NCBI GenBank assembly: GCA_964495475.1
Contig: CAZBVY010000001.1
Location: forward strand, 4,239-68,238
From: an uncultured Pseudomonadales bacterium
Lineage (GTDB): Bacteria > Patescibacteriota > Microgenomatia > UBA1400 > PJMF01
Length of the DNA stretch: 64,000 nucleotides
Direction of reading: 5' to 3'
Both the position numbers and the translations under genes were made by a program. Shown piece after piece: positions 38,672 through 48,420 of the stretch; within the stretch, counting starts at the first letter, position 1; each line of letters begins with the position of its first letter. The notes below the pieces were generated by a model. It was not told the origin of the DNA and searched no databases. It worked only from the letters and a program-made list of their open reading frames with translations.

Positions 38672-38756
38672 GGAGGGATCGCATAGTGGCCTAGTGCAGC
38701 GGTTTACTAAACCGCCATAGCGCAAGCTATCCAGGGTTCGAATCCCTGTCCCTCCG
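38672..38756 (+). tRNA. type-II (Ser-like) tRNA with apparent anticodon ACT, no encoded CCA
   Basis: Acceptor GGAGGGA/TCCCTCC, anticodon stem GCGGT/ACCGC with loop TTACTAA, variable arm ATAGC-GCAA-GCTAT, T-arm CAGGG-TTCGAAT-CCCTG, G73. Confidence 0.75.
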
Positions 38757-38777
38757 CTCTACATTTTTAAAGAAAAA

Positions 38778-38805
38778 ATCCCCGTTTGCACGGGGATTCT
38801 TGTTT
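38778..38805. terminator. bidirectional intrinsic terminator
   Basis: ATCCCCG-TTTGCA-CGGGGAT hairpin with flanking A/T runs, between the tRNA and the convergent 38819-39220 gene. Confidence 0.6.
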
Positions 38806-38818
38806 AAATCACTGAATT

Positions 38819-39220
38819 TTATGCTGATCTCCTTTCAAACTGTGTGCTTTGAATAAATTCAAAAAACTTTTCTTCTGGGGTGAAATATTCTTCCAACCCA
38901 AAGTGCTTTCGGGAGAAAAACCCCTGATCGCACAGTTCGCCAATTTTGCGTCTAATTTCCCAGGTAGCAAAAATGCCTATCTGAGAAACTTTCTGCAAAT
39001 CAGAAGCTTTAACCGGGCTTCCGTACCGTCCAACACATGTTGCCATCATACTCATGGCCATGTTGGTTGCAGTGTAGTATTGAGGGTCTGGTCTGAGGAA
39101 AACGAATGCTTCATTCTCCGACAACCTCTCCAAAAAGTCTACGAACTGCAATTCCGGAACTTCCTTGGAATTACCGATTACTGCCATTTTATGGCTCCTT
39201 TCAGTGATTTTAATGTTCAC
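38819..39220 (-). CDS. hypothetical protein (GC-rich, likely horizontally acquired)
   Basis: 133-aa ORF with local GC 40-48%, immediately 3' of the tRNA. Confidence 0.45.
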   Translation of the reverse strand: MNIKITERSHKMAVIGNSKEVPELQFVDFLERLSENEAFVFLRPDPQYYTATNMAMSMMATCVGRYGSPVKASDLQKVSQIGIFATWEIRRKIGELCDQGFFSRKHFGLEEYFTPEEKFFEFIQSTQFERRSA

Positions 39221-39373
39221 TACCTAATCTTAGAGAGAAGTTTCCCCTCCAGATATCAGTAGCTAAATTAGACTAATGATTATATGCAAAAAAGAGCCAT
39301 AAGTCAATTATATTGATTAATTTATATAATTGATCAAGCTAGCTAAACAAAAATAAAGTTATAAAATATTCAT

Positions 39374-40081
39374 ATGCATGATTTCCTCACAAAACTACAG
39401 AATCAATTACAACAAAATGCCGATGTTAAAACAAAAGAATCCGGACAAAGATTTTTTAAAGAAACGATCAAAATGCATGGTGTCAAAACAGCCACTGTAA
39501 GTAAAATTGGAAAAGAAGCTTTTAAGGAAATTAAAAACGAAAGTAAAGAAAAAATATTTTCTTTATGCGAAAAACTTTGGCAATCAGGTTATATGGAAGA
39601 AACTTTTATTGCCTGTAATTGGTCTTACAATGTTTGGAAACAATACGAGAAAAAAGACTTTTTTGTTTTTGAAAAATGGATAAAAAAGTACATTAATAAT
39701 TGGGCTTCATGCGATACTTTTTGCAATCACACAGTTGGTAAGTTTATAGAAATGTTTCCAGAATATTTATCTGAATTAAAAAAATGGACTAAATCAAAAA
39801 ACAGATGGGTAAAAAGAGCTAGTGCTGTTTCGCTCATTGTTCCAGCTAGAAAAGGTCAATTTTTAAAAGATATCTTTGAAATTTCAGATCATTTATTGCT
39901 CGATCCAGATGACATGGTGCAAAAAGGTTACGGCTGGTTATTGAAAGTTGCTAGCCAAATTCATCAGCAAGAAATTTTTGATTATGTCATGAAAAATAAA
40001 GCCGTAATGCCTAGAACTTCTTTGCGTTATGCTATCGAAAAAATGCCATCAACATTGAAGAAAAAAGCCATGACTAAATAA
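39374..40081 (+). CDS. DNA alkylation repair protein (AlkD/AlkC-like HEAT-repeat glycosylase family)
   Basis: Helical-repeat protein whose sequence pattern is consistent with the AlkD family. Confidence 0.5.
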   Translation: MHDFLTKLQNQLQQNADVKTKESGQRFFKETIKMHGVKTATVSKIGKEAFKEIKNESKEKIFSLCEKLWQSGYMEETFIACNWSYNVWKQYEKKDFFVFEKWIKKYINNWASCDTFCNHTVGKFIEMFPEYLSELKKWTKSKNRWVKRASAVSLIVPARKGQFLKDIFEISDHLLLDPDDMVQKGYGWLLKVASQIHQQEIFDYVMKNKAVMPRTSLRYAIEKMPSTLKKKAMTK

Positions 40082-40090
40082 AGTCATTTT

Positions 40091-40579
40091 CTATAAATTC
40101 ACCGCTTCTAAAGCTTTTTTGACATCTGCATTATTAGCAAAAACGTCATATTTCAAAGCTAAAATTTCCTCTTTGCTCATCCAAATAGTGTCGAAGATAT
40201 TTTCCAATGTTGCGGGGTTTTGATTGATATTTATTTTTGAATTGCCAATTAATTGACATTGATAACCCAAACAAATAATTTGCACACTAAAACTTGGGTC
40301 TTCAAAACTCGGAATGACAAAGTCCCAATTTCCAACTGCTTTACCAATAGCAATATTTAAGCCCACTTCTTCCATCACTTCACGATGCAATGCTTCATAT
40401 AAATTTTCACCTGGCTCAATGCCTCCCCCTGGTAAATCATAAATAATTGTTTCTTTACCATGACGTCTGACTCGTTCTTTAACAATTAAAATTTTGCCAT
40501 CATGAACAATAAAAGCCTTTACTCCGGGACGAATAAATTTAACTGGCAATTTAGAATTTGGTGAAAAACTACTCTCCAT
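40091..40579 (-). CDS. NUDIX hydrolase
   Basis: Nudix box GGGIEPGENLYEALHREVMEEVGL. Confidence 0.8.
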   Translation of the reverse strand: MESSFSPNSKLPVKFIRPGVKAFIVHDGKILIVKERVRRHGKETIIYDLPGGGIEPGENLYEALHREVMEEVGLNIAIGKAVGNWDFVIPSFEDPSFSVQIICLGYQCQLIGNSKININQNPATLENIFDTIWMSKEEILALKYDVFANNADVKKALEAVNL

Positions 40580-41363
40580 CTAAACTATAATCTTTCATCA
40601 TTTGCTCAATTTCTGCTTGAGAAGGCATGTCGGCATTTGCACCTTCTTCGCTGTCAGGAGCATCAAACATTGGCATCTCTTTAATAGGAGATGGTTTACT
40701 AATCTGTACTGCTTCGTATTTATATTCCATAACATTTGATCCACCCTTAAAACTAAACTCTATCTTACGAGCCAAGTGTTCTTTAGTATCAATCCAAACA
40801 TAGGTCACACTATCATCTTCACCCATGGTATCGATAATTTCATATTTGTCACAACTCAAATTGCCGCAAGCTTCGTTACCCACTTTCTTAATTTGCATGT
40901 CTAAATTATCTTCGTTGTAAGTAGCTTGAATTTCTACCAAACTTTCTTTAGGATCACTAAAATTGCCTTCAGCATCGCCAACTTGATACCAAGAATTATC
41001 TTTTACATCTTTAAAATAAGTCACTCCGTCAAAAGAAATCATGCTTGATTCTAATTGACCATCTTTATAACTATTTACCTCCATGTTGCTTCCGTTCATC
41101 TTCATTTCGCTAGTGCTAGTGCCATATTCACCTAAATTAGCCACTGTATTAATGATGACGCCTTTTTCCATAGCTTTAGCCTGAGCAACAAAATAACTAC
41201 AAATATCTTTGTCATATTTACAATTAGCCAGCATTTCTGAAACAACAACTTTTTCAGCCACTTCTTCTGCATTTTGTGGATTATTTTTTTGACTGAAAAA
41301 ATAATAGGCTCCGCCAGCCAAAGCCAACACTAACACCAAAATAATAGGGAGTTTTTGTTTCAT
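40569..41363 (-). CDS. secreted/lipoprotein-like hypothetical protein
   Basis: N-terminal signal peptide MKQKLPIILVLVLALAGG. Confidence 0.5.
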   Translation of the reverse strand: MKQKLPIILVLVLALAGGAYYFFSQKNNPQNAEEVAEKVVVSEMLANCKYDKDICSYFVAQAKAMEKGVIINTVANLGEYGTSTSEMKMNGSNMEVNSYKDGQLESSMISFDGVTYFKDVKDNSWYQVGDAEGNFSDPKESLVEIQATYNEDNLDMQIKKVGNEACGNLSCDKYEIIDTMGEDDSVTYVWIDTKEHLARKIEFSFKGGSNVMEYKYEAVQISKPSPIKEMPMFDAPDSEEGANADMPSQAEIEQMMKDYSLDGE

Positions 41364-41461
41364 TGAAACCTTTTTTAATTTATAGCTATCTAAGGCTCAT
41401 TCTAAGTAAGATGAGCTCTTTTGTAAAGAACGTTTGACTAGAATCAACTTTAAAAGTTATA

Positions 41462-41893
41462 GTGAAGCATATGCAATGGTTTTTCTTCGCTGTCTTATCT
41501 GCTATTTTTGCTGCTTTAACTGCCATTTTAGCCAAAATTGGAATCAAAGATGTAAATTCTAATTTGGCAACTGCTATTAGAACGACTGTCATTTTAATTT
41601 TTAGCTGGGGTATTGTTGTTGCTCAAAAAAATCTTGGACAAATTACCAATATTAGCAAGCATTCTATGTTGTTTTTAATTTTATCAGGATTAGCCACTGG
41701 TCTTTCTTGGTTGTTTTATTTTCGCGCCCTGCAGCTCGGTGAAGCAAGTAAAGTTGTTCCCATTGATAAGTTAAGCTTAGTAATTACTCTCATTTTTGCA
41801 ACAATCATTCTCAAAGAACAATTTACTCTTTACACTGCTTTGGGAGCAATTTTAATGACCGCTGGAGCTCTAATTATCGCTTTTGCAAAATAA
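41462..41893 (+). CDS. small EamA/DMT-type membrane protein
   Basis: Four TM helices, EamA-like half-transporter. Confidence 0.55.
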   Translation: MKHMQWFFFAVLSAIFAALTAILAKIGIKDVNSNLATAIRTTVILIFSWGIVVAQKNLGQITNISKHSMLFLILSGLATGLSWLFYFRALQLGEASKVVPIDKLSLVITLIFATIILKEQFTLYTALGAILMTAGALIIAFAK

Positions 41894-42008
41894 ATTCCTC
41901 TTGTTAGCACTATTTGACAAAGACTGCTAAATTTGCTTTAATACAACTTAGCAATCGACTATAGCGATTGCCAGAAAATATAAATTAGTTTTAAAAAGGA
42001 GCATATTT

Positions 42009-42416
42009 ATGTCCATTATTAGATATAGTCCTCTGCAAGCTATGTTGAGTCGTTGGCCAGATATTTGGGATGACGATGTTTTTGATCAAAACAACAGTCA
42101 TCTCAATGTCTATGAAAGCAAAAATAAAGTGGTTATTGAAGCCAATGTAGCCGGAGTAGCCGATGAAGATGTTGATCTCACTTTTGAAAAAGGCGTGCTT
42201 TGGATTCAAGCTAAGAAACAAGAAGAAAAATCAGATGAAGAACGCAAATATTACAGTCGCTCATCTTTTTCTTACTCATATAAAGTAGCCATTCCAGGAG
42301 ATGTGGATTTGAGCAAAGAACCAGAGGCAGAAATTAAAAATGGAGTACTTAAAGTAGAATTCCAAAAATCTGCTTTGGCTCAACCAAAGAAACTTAAGAT
42401 TAAAAGTGGAAAATAA
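42009..42416 (+). CDS. Hsp20/alpha-crystallin small heat-shock protein
   Basis: ACD region with the GVLKVEF C-terminal motif. Confidence 0.75.
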   Translation: MSIIRYSPLQAMLSRWPDIWDDDVFDQNNSHLNVYESKNKVVIEANVAGVADEDVDLTFEKGVLWIQAKKQEEKSDEERKYYSRSSFSYSYKVAIPGDVDLSKEPEAEIKNGVLKVEFQKSALAQPKKLKIKSGK

Positions 42417-42442
42417 AAATATTAACCGCTGATGAATTAAAA

Positions 42443-42467
42443 CCCCACCCTAATCGGTGGGGTTTTT
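42443..42467. terminator. bidirectional intrinsic terminator
   Basis: CCCCACC-ctaatc-GGTGGGG hairpin followed by TTTTT, between convergent Hsp20 and metK. Confidence 0.65.
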
Positions 42468-42472
42468 AGTAA

Positions 42473-43585
42473 TTAAACAATTTTTTCCCAACTAAATTCT
42501 GATTTACCAAAATGACCATAGGTCGAAGTTTTGGCGAAAATTGGCTGACGCAAATCAAGTTGTTTAATGATTTTTTGTACAGACATATCCAATAAACCCA
42601 AAGCATATTTTTTTATCTCTTCATCGCTAATCTTACCTGTTCCAAAAGTTTCTACATCAAAAGAGACTGGCGTAGCTTGACCAATGACGTAAGCTGCTCT
42701 TACTTCACAACGATCTGCATATCCTTTTGCAACAATATTTTTAGCTAAAAAACGACAAGCATAAGCAGCGCTACGATCAACTTTACTTGGATCTTTACCA
42801 GAGAAGCAACCGCCACCATGACGCCCCATACCTCCATAGGTATCGATAATGATTTTACGCCCCGTTAAGCCCGTGTCAGAAGCTGGACCACCTATTTCCC
42901 ACGCTCCAGTACCATTAATAATTAATTTAATATCATTTTGATTTAAAATTTGATTGGGCAAATATTTTTTAACTGCCGGCACGATTACTTTGTCCCAAAG
43001 ATCATTTTCTAACTGTTCTTTTTTAATTTGTGGATCATAGGGTACCGCCATAATGATAGTCGATACTTTATTTGGTTTACCCTCAATGTAATCAATTACT
43101 ACTTGAGCTTTACCATCTGGTCGCAAATAAGAAATAATTTTGTCTTCACGAACTTGATCTAAATTACGCATCAATTGATGAGCCAGCATAATTGGCATCG
43201 GCATCAATTCTGGAGTTTCATTACAAGCATAACCAAACATAATTCCCTGATCTCCAGCGCCACCATCGTCCACGCCAAGAGCAATGTCTCTAGATTGTTG
43301 ATGAATGTAGATTTCTAAATCTGATTTGTCAGAAAAACCCCAATTGGGATTTGTATAACCAAGTTTTTTAATGGTTTGACGAGCAATATTTTCGTAATCA
43401 ATTTTGCCAGAACAAGTCACTTCTCCTGCTAAAATAATTTTATTAGTTGTTACTAAAGTTTCTACAGCCACACGACTTTGAGGATCGATTTTTAAACAAG
43501 CATCTACAATGCTGTCTGAAATTTGATCACAAATTTTGTCAGGATGACCAGAGGCCACTGATTCTGAAGTAAATTGTTCCAACAT
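42473..43585 (-). CDS. metK: S-adenosylmethionine synthetase
   Basis: GHPDKICDQISD, GAGDQG and GGGCFSGKDPSKVDRSAAY motifs. Confidence 0.9.
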   Translation of the reverse strand: MLEQFTSESVASGHPDKICDQISDSIVDACLKIDPQSRVAVETLVTTNKIILAGEVTCSGKIDYENIARQTIKKLGYTNPNWGFSDKSDLEIYIHQQSRDIALGVDDGGAGDQGIMFGYACNETPELMPMPIMLAHQLMRNLDQVREDKIISYLRPDGKAQVVIDYIEGKPNKVSTIIMAVPYDPQIKKEQLENDLWDKVIVPAVKKYLPNQILNQNDIKLIINGTGAWEIGGPASDTGLTGRKIIIDTYGGMGRHGGGCFSGKDPSKVDRSAAYACRFLAKNIVAKGYADRCEVRAAYVIGQATPVSFDVETFGTGKISDEEIKKYALGLLDMSVQKIIKQLDLRQPIFAKTSTYGHFGKSEFSWEKIV

Positions 43586-43630
43586 ATTTTCCCCTTCTTA
43601 TTACAGATTAACCTTAATATTTATTGGGGA

Positions 43631-43785
43631 GAAAATAAAAAACACTCTGCAAAGAGTGTTTGAATTTCTCAAACGAGCGAATCTCCCTCTTGCGAGCTAG
43701 ATTTAGCACCGTGTTCTATACAAAATCGGTTGCTGAATGGGTCAAAAGGCTAGTTCCCTCACCATTTCTCTTGATTTGATTTGTT
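43631..43785 (-). promoter_or_regulatory. SAM-I (S-box) riboswitch with terminator in the metK leader
   Basis: The minus strand reads UCAAGAGA..UGGUGAGGGA..GCC..GACCC..AGCAACC...GGUGCUAAAUCUAGC...GGGAGAU, then an AACACUCUUUGCAGAGUGUU hairpin and a U-run. Confidence 0.7.
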
Positions 43786-43853
43786 AATCTAGCATGTAGT
43801 ATACAAATTAAAAAGTAATTTGTCCATGTTTTTGCTAAAATGAAGTAAAAATT

Positions 43854-45560
43854 ATGAAAAAGTATTTCTGGCTAATTTTAATTGTTTTGCTAGCGGCTTT
43901 TTTACGTTTGTGGAAACTAAACAGCTTGCCACTCGACACTCATGTTGATGAAGTAATGAATGCCTATGTAGGCAATTTCACTTTAAAAAATGGCACAGAT
44001 CTATATGGTAATAAGTGGCCAATTTTATATTTTAATAACTTCGGTGATTATCCAAATATTTTACCCATGTATCTTTCTGGTTTAGGGATTTTATTGTTTG
44101 GAAATAATGAATTTGGTATGCGTGCGCCCATCGCCTTATTTGGTATTGTCAGCATCATTTTGGCTTATTTTGTAGGAAAACTAATTTTTCAAAAAAAATC
44201 TTTAGCTCTCTTTGCTGCTTTTAGTTTAGCTATTTTTCCATGGCATATAATTTTGTCACGCGCTACTGCAGAAGGAATAACGGCCAGCACAGTTTTTCTT
44301 TTAGGAATTTATTTGTTGCTACGCAATTTAAAAAAGCAAAAATTATTACCTTTGGTAATTGCTTGGCTAATTTTGCTTAGCACTTATTTGCTCTACCCAG
44401 CCTACCGCATTATTGTTCCATTGGCATTGCTGCCAACATTTTTACTGAGCAAAGATAAAAAAACAAAAATATTTTGTATCGTTATTGCAGTAGTTAGTCT
44501 CATTTTAACTTTTATGATCAGCCAAACTGCTTGGGGCACTGGTCGGTTTGAACAAACTAGCTTATTTAGTCAACAGAGTTCAGTTTATCCACTACAAGCA
44601 GAGTTTATCGCCGGAGAGGGTCACGAAAATGCTCTGAAAGCTCGCGTTCTATACAACAAAGCCATAATGTTTGGCAAAGAATTTATTAAACAATATGCCA
44701 GCTATTTTTCTATTGATTTCTTATTTGCTAGTGGCGGATTACCAATGCGATACTTTGTCCCTAACCAGGGTTTATGGTATTACAGCTATTTACTACTTTG
44801 GTTAATATTTATTGGACTAGCCTTATTAAAAAACCAATACTTCACTAAAAGCATTAGTTTTATTTTACCCACTAAGGATCAAAGAAAATATCTTTTTTAT
44901 TTTATATACTTACTTTTACTTTCTCCACTGTCAGCAGCCCTAACCATTGATGACGTACCCAATGTTCATCGAGCTACTTTAATGCCACTAATATTAAGTA
45001 TTTTATCTGGTCTGCTTTTATCTGTTTTTTACAAATTACCAAAAAAGAAGATTATTTTTACTTGTTTTATGTTTTTAGTCATTTTTGAAAGTTTTTATTT
45101 TTTTAATAAATACGCTGTACATGCTGGTAAATTTCAACAAGTTTATCGTAGTCCAGCCATGAAAAATTTAGCTTATTACTTAGCTGAGCAAAAAAATAAT
45201 TACGACAGTATTTATATTGAAAGAAAAGGCGAAACAGCAATCTATTATTTATTTTATAATCAAATTTATGATTCTAAACTCAATCAACAATTTCAAACAA
45301 AACTACAAATCCCTCAAGTTGAAAGTATTCACTTCACTAAACATGAATGCGTTTATCCTGGTTTAATTGAAACTGATTTAAGCCAAAAAACAAGCTTATT
45401 TATAGTTAGTAGCTCTTGTTATGATGAAAGACCAAAAATTTTGGAAGATCATCCAAAGTTACAAGAAATAGCACAAATTAAATCAAGTCAGGGAGATACT
45501 ATTTTTAAGGTTTACCAATTCGAAGCTACTAATAGCGCTAAACAACAAAAACCCATCTAG
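43854..45560 (+). CDS. GT-C fold membrane glycosyltransferase (GT39/ArnT-like)
   Basis: HVDEV motif in the first loop and multi-TM topology; paralog of 36418-38097. Confidence 0.65.
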   Translation: MKKYFWLILIVLLAAFLRLWKLNSLPLDTHVDEVMNAYVGNFTLKNGTDLYGNKWPILYFNNFGDYPNILPMYLSGLGILLFGNNEFGMRAPIALFGIVSIILAYFVGKLIFQKKSLALFAAFSLAIFPWHIILSRATAEGITASTVFLLGIYLLLRNLKKQKLLPLVIAWLILLSTYLLYPAYRIIVPLALLPTFLLSKDKKTKIFCIVIAVVSLILTFMISQTAWGTGRFEQTSLFSQQSSVYPLQAEFIAGEGHENALKARVLYNKAIMFGKEFIKQYASYFSIDFLFASGGLPMRYFVPNQGLWYYSYLLLWLIFIGLALLKNQYFTKSISFILPTKDQRKYLFYFIYLLLLSPLSAALTIDDVPNVHRATLMPLILSILSGLLLSVFYKLPKKKIIFTCFMFLVIFESFYFFNKYAVHAGKFQQVYRSPAMKNLAYYLAEQKNNYDSIYIERKGETAIYYLFYNQIYDSKLNQQFQTKLQIPQVESIHFTKHECVYPGLIETDLSQKTSLFIVSSSCYDERPKILEDHPKLQEIAQIKSSQGDTIFKVYQFEATNSAKQQKPI

Positions 45561-45648
45561 GACTATCTAATTAGCCAATTCAGGATATAATAGTCGACAG
45601 TATTAATTGTCTTGGACACATTAGTCCAAGAAAGAAGAGTCCATATTT

Positions 45649-46005
45649 ATGTCAGATCAAAATGACAACATGGAAAACAAGAAAAAAATCTTCGTGGGTA
45701 ACTTGCCTTTCAGCATGACCCAAGATGGTTTACAAAGTTTGTTTTCCGAATTTGGCGAAATTACCCAAGTCAGTTTAATTACTGACAGAATGACCGGCCG
45801 TTCTAAGGGTTTCGCTTTTGTAGAATTTGCCGAAGAATCTGCTGCTGAAGCTGCCATCGCTAAGATGTCTGGTTTCAGAGTAGAAGAGAGAGAGTTGGTA
45901 GTTAATATCGCTCGACCTCGTGAGCCAAGAAACGATAGTTTCCAAAGAAGAGACAATCGCGGTTTTGGTGGTGGAAGACCACAAAATAGAGATCGTAGAT
46001 ATTAA
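45649..46005 (+). CDS. RRM-domain RNA-binding protein with Arg/Gly-rich tail
   Basis: RNP-2 IFVGNL, RNP-1 KGFAFVEF. Confidence 0.8.
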   Translation: MSDQNDNMENKKKIFVGNLPFSMTQDGLQSLFSEFGEITQVSLITDRMTGRSKGFAFVEFAEESAAEAAIAKMSGFRVEERELVVNIARPREPRNDSFQRRDNRGFGGGRPQNRDRRY

Positions 46006-46024
46006 TCTTTAGATCAAAATTTAG

Positions 46025-46056
46025 AAACGCCAGGATAAAACCTGGCGTTTTTTGTT
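46025..46056 (+). terminator. intrinsic terminator
   Basis: AACGCCAGG-ataaaa-CCTGGCGTT hairpin followed by TTTTTGTT. Confidence 0.7.
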
Positions 46057-46100
46057 ATTTTCATAATTTTTTTATTCAAAGAAATGATAGAATAAAGGAC

Positions 46101-46760
46101 ATGGTTAATGGCATGGAAAAAAATAATTCTATAGGCTTAAACCCTAAATGGCGCGAGATTAGTCCTTTACCACCCCCAGATTCTTCCACTAGTGTGCCTT
46201 ATTTAGATGCGGTTAATAAGTTTGTGACTCGCAGAGAAGAATTAGAGGCTAATCTTTTACTTGACGAACTAACAGGATGCTGGAGACGTAGATATTTTTA
46301 TGATTTTATTGCTAAAAAATTTGATCCTAATCGCAATGATGGTCAAATCGGCATTATTAATGTAGATATTAACGAACTTAAAAAAATAAATGACGATCCT
46401 AAACTTGGCCATCAATATGGAGATATGTTGATCATCAATTTTGTACAATACATTAAATCACAATTAAGAAAAGGTGATGAAATTGTTAGAGTTGGCGGAG
46501 ATGAATTTATCGTCATTTGTCGCAAAGGCATCAACGATGAGAAATTTGAAGAAAACTTAAAAAATAGAATGCAAAGTATTTATTTAAATTCCCCACAATC
46601 AGATGTTGATCCCACAAAGAATATTAGTTTTGCTTATGGAGTAGCCGTTTATGATAGAGAAAAAGATAAAAGTTTAATAGAAACCGGAAATCGAGCTGAT
46701 GCACTTATGTATCTTCACAAAAGCCAACTTAAAAATCAAAAATCCAAATTAAAAATATAA
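46101..46760 (+). CDS. GGDEF-domain diguanylate cyclase (stand-alone)
   Basis: LTGCWRRRYF and RVGGDEF motifs. Confidence 0.7.
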   Translation: MVNGMEKNNSIGLNPKWREISPLPPPDSSTSVPYLDAVNKFVTRREELEANLLLDELTGCWRRRYFYDFIAKKFDPNRNDGQIGIINVDINELKKINDDPKLGHQYGDMLIINFVQYIKSQLRKGDEIVRVGGDEFIVICRKGINDEKFEENLKNRMQSIYLNSPQSDVDPTKNISFAYGVAVYDREKDKSLIETGNRADALMYLHKSQLKNQKSKLKI

Positions 46761-46800
46761 GATTAAATCTGACTTTTTCTGATATAATTTGACGATACAA

Positions 46801-46885
46801 GGAGGTGTCGCATAGTGGTCAATTGCACACGCTTGGAAAGCGTGAGCCGCAAGGCTTCGCAGGTTCGATTCCTGTCACCTCCGCC
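46801..46885 (+). tRNA. tRNA-Ser (anticodon GGA), CCA encoded
   Basis: Acceptor GGAGGTG/CACCTCC, anticodon stem CACGC/GCGTG with loop TTGGAAA, long variable arm, T-loop GGTTCGATTCC. Confidence 0.9.
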
Positions 46886-46954
46886 ACATATTAAACATTA
46901 ATATTATTTAATTAGTTATACTCTTCTTATAACAACTCCAGTAAAATAAAATAA

Positions 46955-48397
46955 GTGATTAAGAAAATATTTTTAAAATATCAATTTTGGATTCTTATTT
47001 TTTTGTTTACATTAGGAATTTTTAATAGATTTTATTCTCTAGAAAAAACTGCAACTTTTTTTTGGGATCAAGCATATGATTTAAGACAAATTGAACTCTT
47101 TTATCAAGAAAAAAGAATAACACTCATAGGACCAATTTCAGAAGAAAATGATAAAATCTATGGTTCATTAACATATTATATGTTAATGCCATTTGCTTTA
47201 TTAAAAAATTTTCATACAGTATCAACAACATACGGATCTGCTTTTTACGGATCTTTAACAGCCATATTTTTAGTATTGTTACTTTATTTAATAAATAAAA
47301 AAACTTGGTTAAGCACAGCTCTAATAGCAGTAATTTGGTTTCCGTTAATCGAAACAAGTCGTTGGGCTTGGAATCCACATCTTGTTTTATTTTGGATAGC
47401 TCTTGGATTGATTTTTTTTCAAAAAAAATCAAAAGCATCTTTATTCTTATCGGGCTTATTTTTAGGCTTATCAATTCATCATCATTATTTAAGTTTCATT
47501 TCTACAGCAAGTTTTATATTTTTAACCTTAATTAGTAATTTAAAAAATAAAGAAATTAAAAACTATTTATGGATTGTTCCAGGTTATTTTTTAGCCATAT
47601 TACCTTTCATATTATTTGACTTAACTCATCCACCAGGATTATTTATAACTAGATTTATATTATTTCAACAAGAAAATATAGACAAAAATTTTATTGTGTT
47701 TTTATCAGATTTTATTAAAAATCTATGGATCGTCATTCATCATTACGCTGTAAATAATATTTCTGGATCAATATTATTTATATATCTGGGAAGTCTTATC
47801 ATTTATGATTTTAAAAAATCTAGAATTTATTTAATCTATATTTTTGTTTGGTTGTTTCAAATATTTGGTGTTACTTTGATAAAAGCTTCCTTTACCCATT
47901 ATTTTTTACCAGGCTTAATTTTCTTCTTAATATATTTATATTTACCAAGAAAATTCAAAAAAATAAATTTAGTTGTTGTTTCAACATTACTTTTATTAAA
48001 TGGCTCTCTTTTTAGCATTATTCCACAAATAACTACTCAAAAATATGTTCCAGAAATGTGGCAACCCAATATAGAAACGGTCGACAATATAACCAACGTT
48101 CTTTATCAGGAAATAAAGAATAATAACCTATCTGGAGTAAATTTGGCTGTTTTAGGTAGTCCAGATCCTAATAGATATGGGTGGAAATATCGAAGCCTTT
48201 TGGAAATAAAAAATATTCATATCATGAGTAAATATGAATATTTTACAAATAATTATCTTTTTGTAGTATCTCAACAAAGTGAAGAAAAACTTAGAAACGA
48301 TCTTTCTCCAGAAATGGAAAGGTTTCGAAATCAAAAATTATTAAAAAGTTGGGAAATAAAAAATTCAAATTGGTTTATTTATTTATTTTCTTTTTAA
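46955..48397 (+). CDS. multi-TM membrane protein, GT-C-like paralog family
   Basis: Shares the FFWDQ..D...TLIGP.S..YG.L.YY N-terminal motif with 49456-51009 and 51017-52531. Confidence 0.55.
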   Translation: MIKKIFLKYQFWILIFLFTLGIFNRFYSLEKTATFFWDQAYDLRQIELFYQEKRITLIGPISEENDKIYGSLTYYMLMPFALLKNFHTVSTTYGSAFYGSLTAIFLVLLLYLINKKTWLSTALIAVIWFPLIETSRWAWNPHLVLFWIALGLIFFQKKSKASLFLSGLFLGLSIHHHYLSFISTASFIFLTLISNLKNKEIKNYLWIVPGYFLAILPFILFDLTHPPGLFITRFILFQQENIDKNFIVFLSDFIKNLWIVIHHYAVNNISGSILFIYLGSLIIYDFKKSRIYLIYIFVWLFQIFGVTLIKASFTHYFLPGLIFFLIYLYLPRKFKKINLVVVSTLLLLNGSLFSIIPQITTQKYVPEMWQPNIETVDNITNVLYQEIKNNNLSGVNLAVLGSPDPNRYGWKYRSLLEIKNIHIMSKYEYFTNNYLFVVSQQSEEKLRNDLSPEMERFRNQKLLKSWEIKNSNWFIYLFSF

Positions 48398-48420
48398 AAC
48401 AAATGTTTTTGATAAAATTT

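Noticed and set aside
45560-45648. Perfect 7-bp hairpin CTTGGAC-acatta-GTCCAAG upstream of the RRM protein gene as a terminator
   Set aside because: There is no following T-run. It is more likely a 5'-UTR structure, and there is insufficient evidence to call a function.
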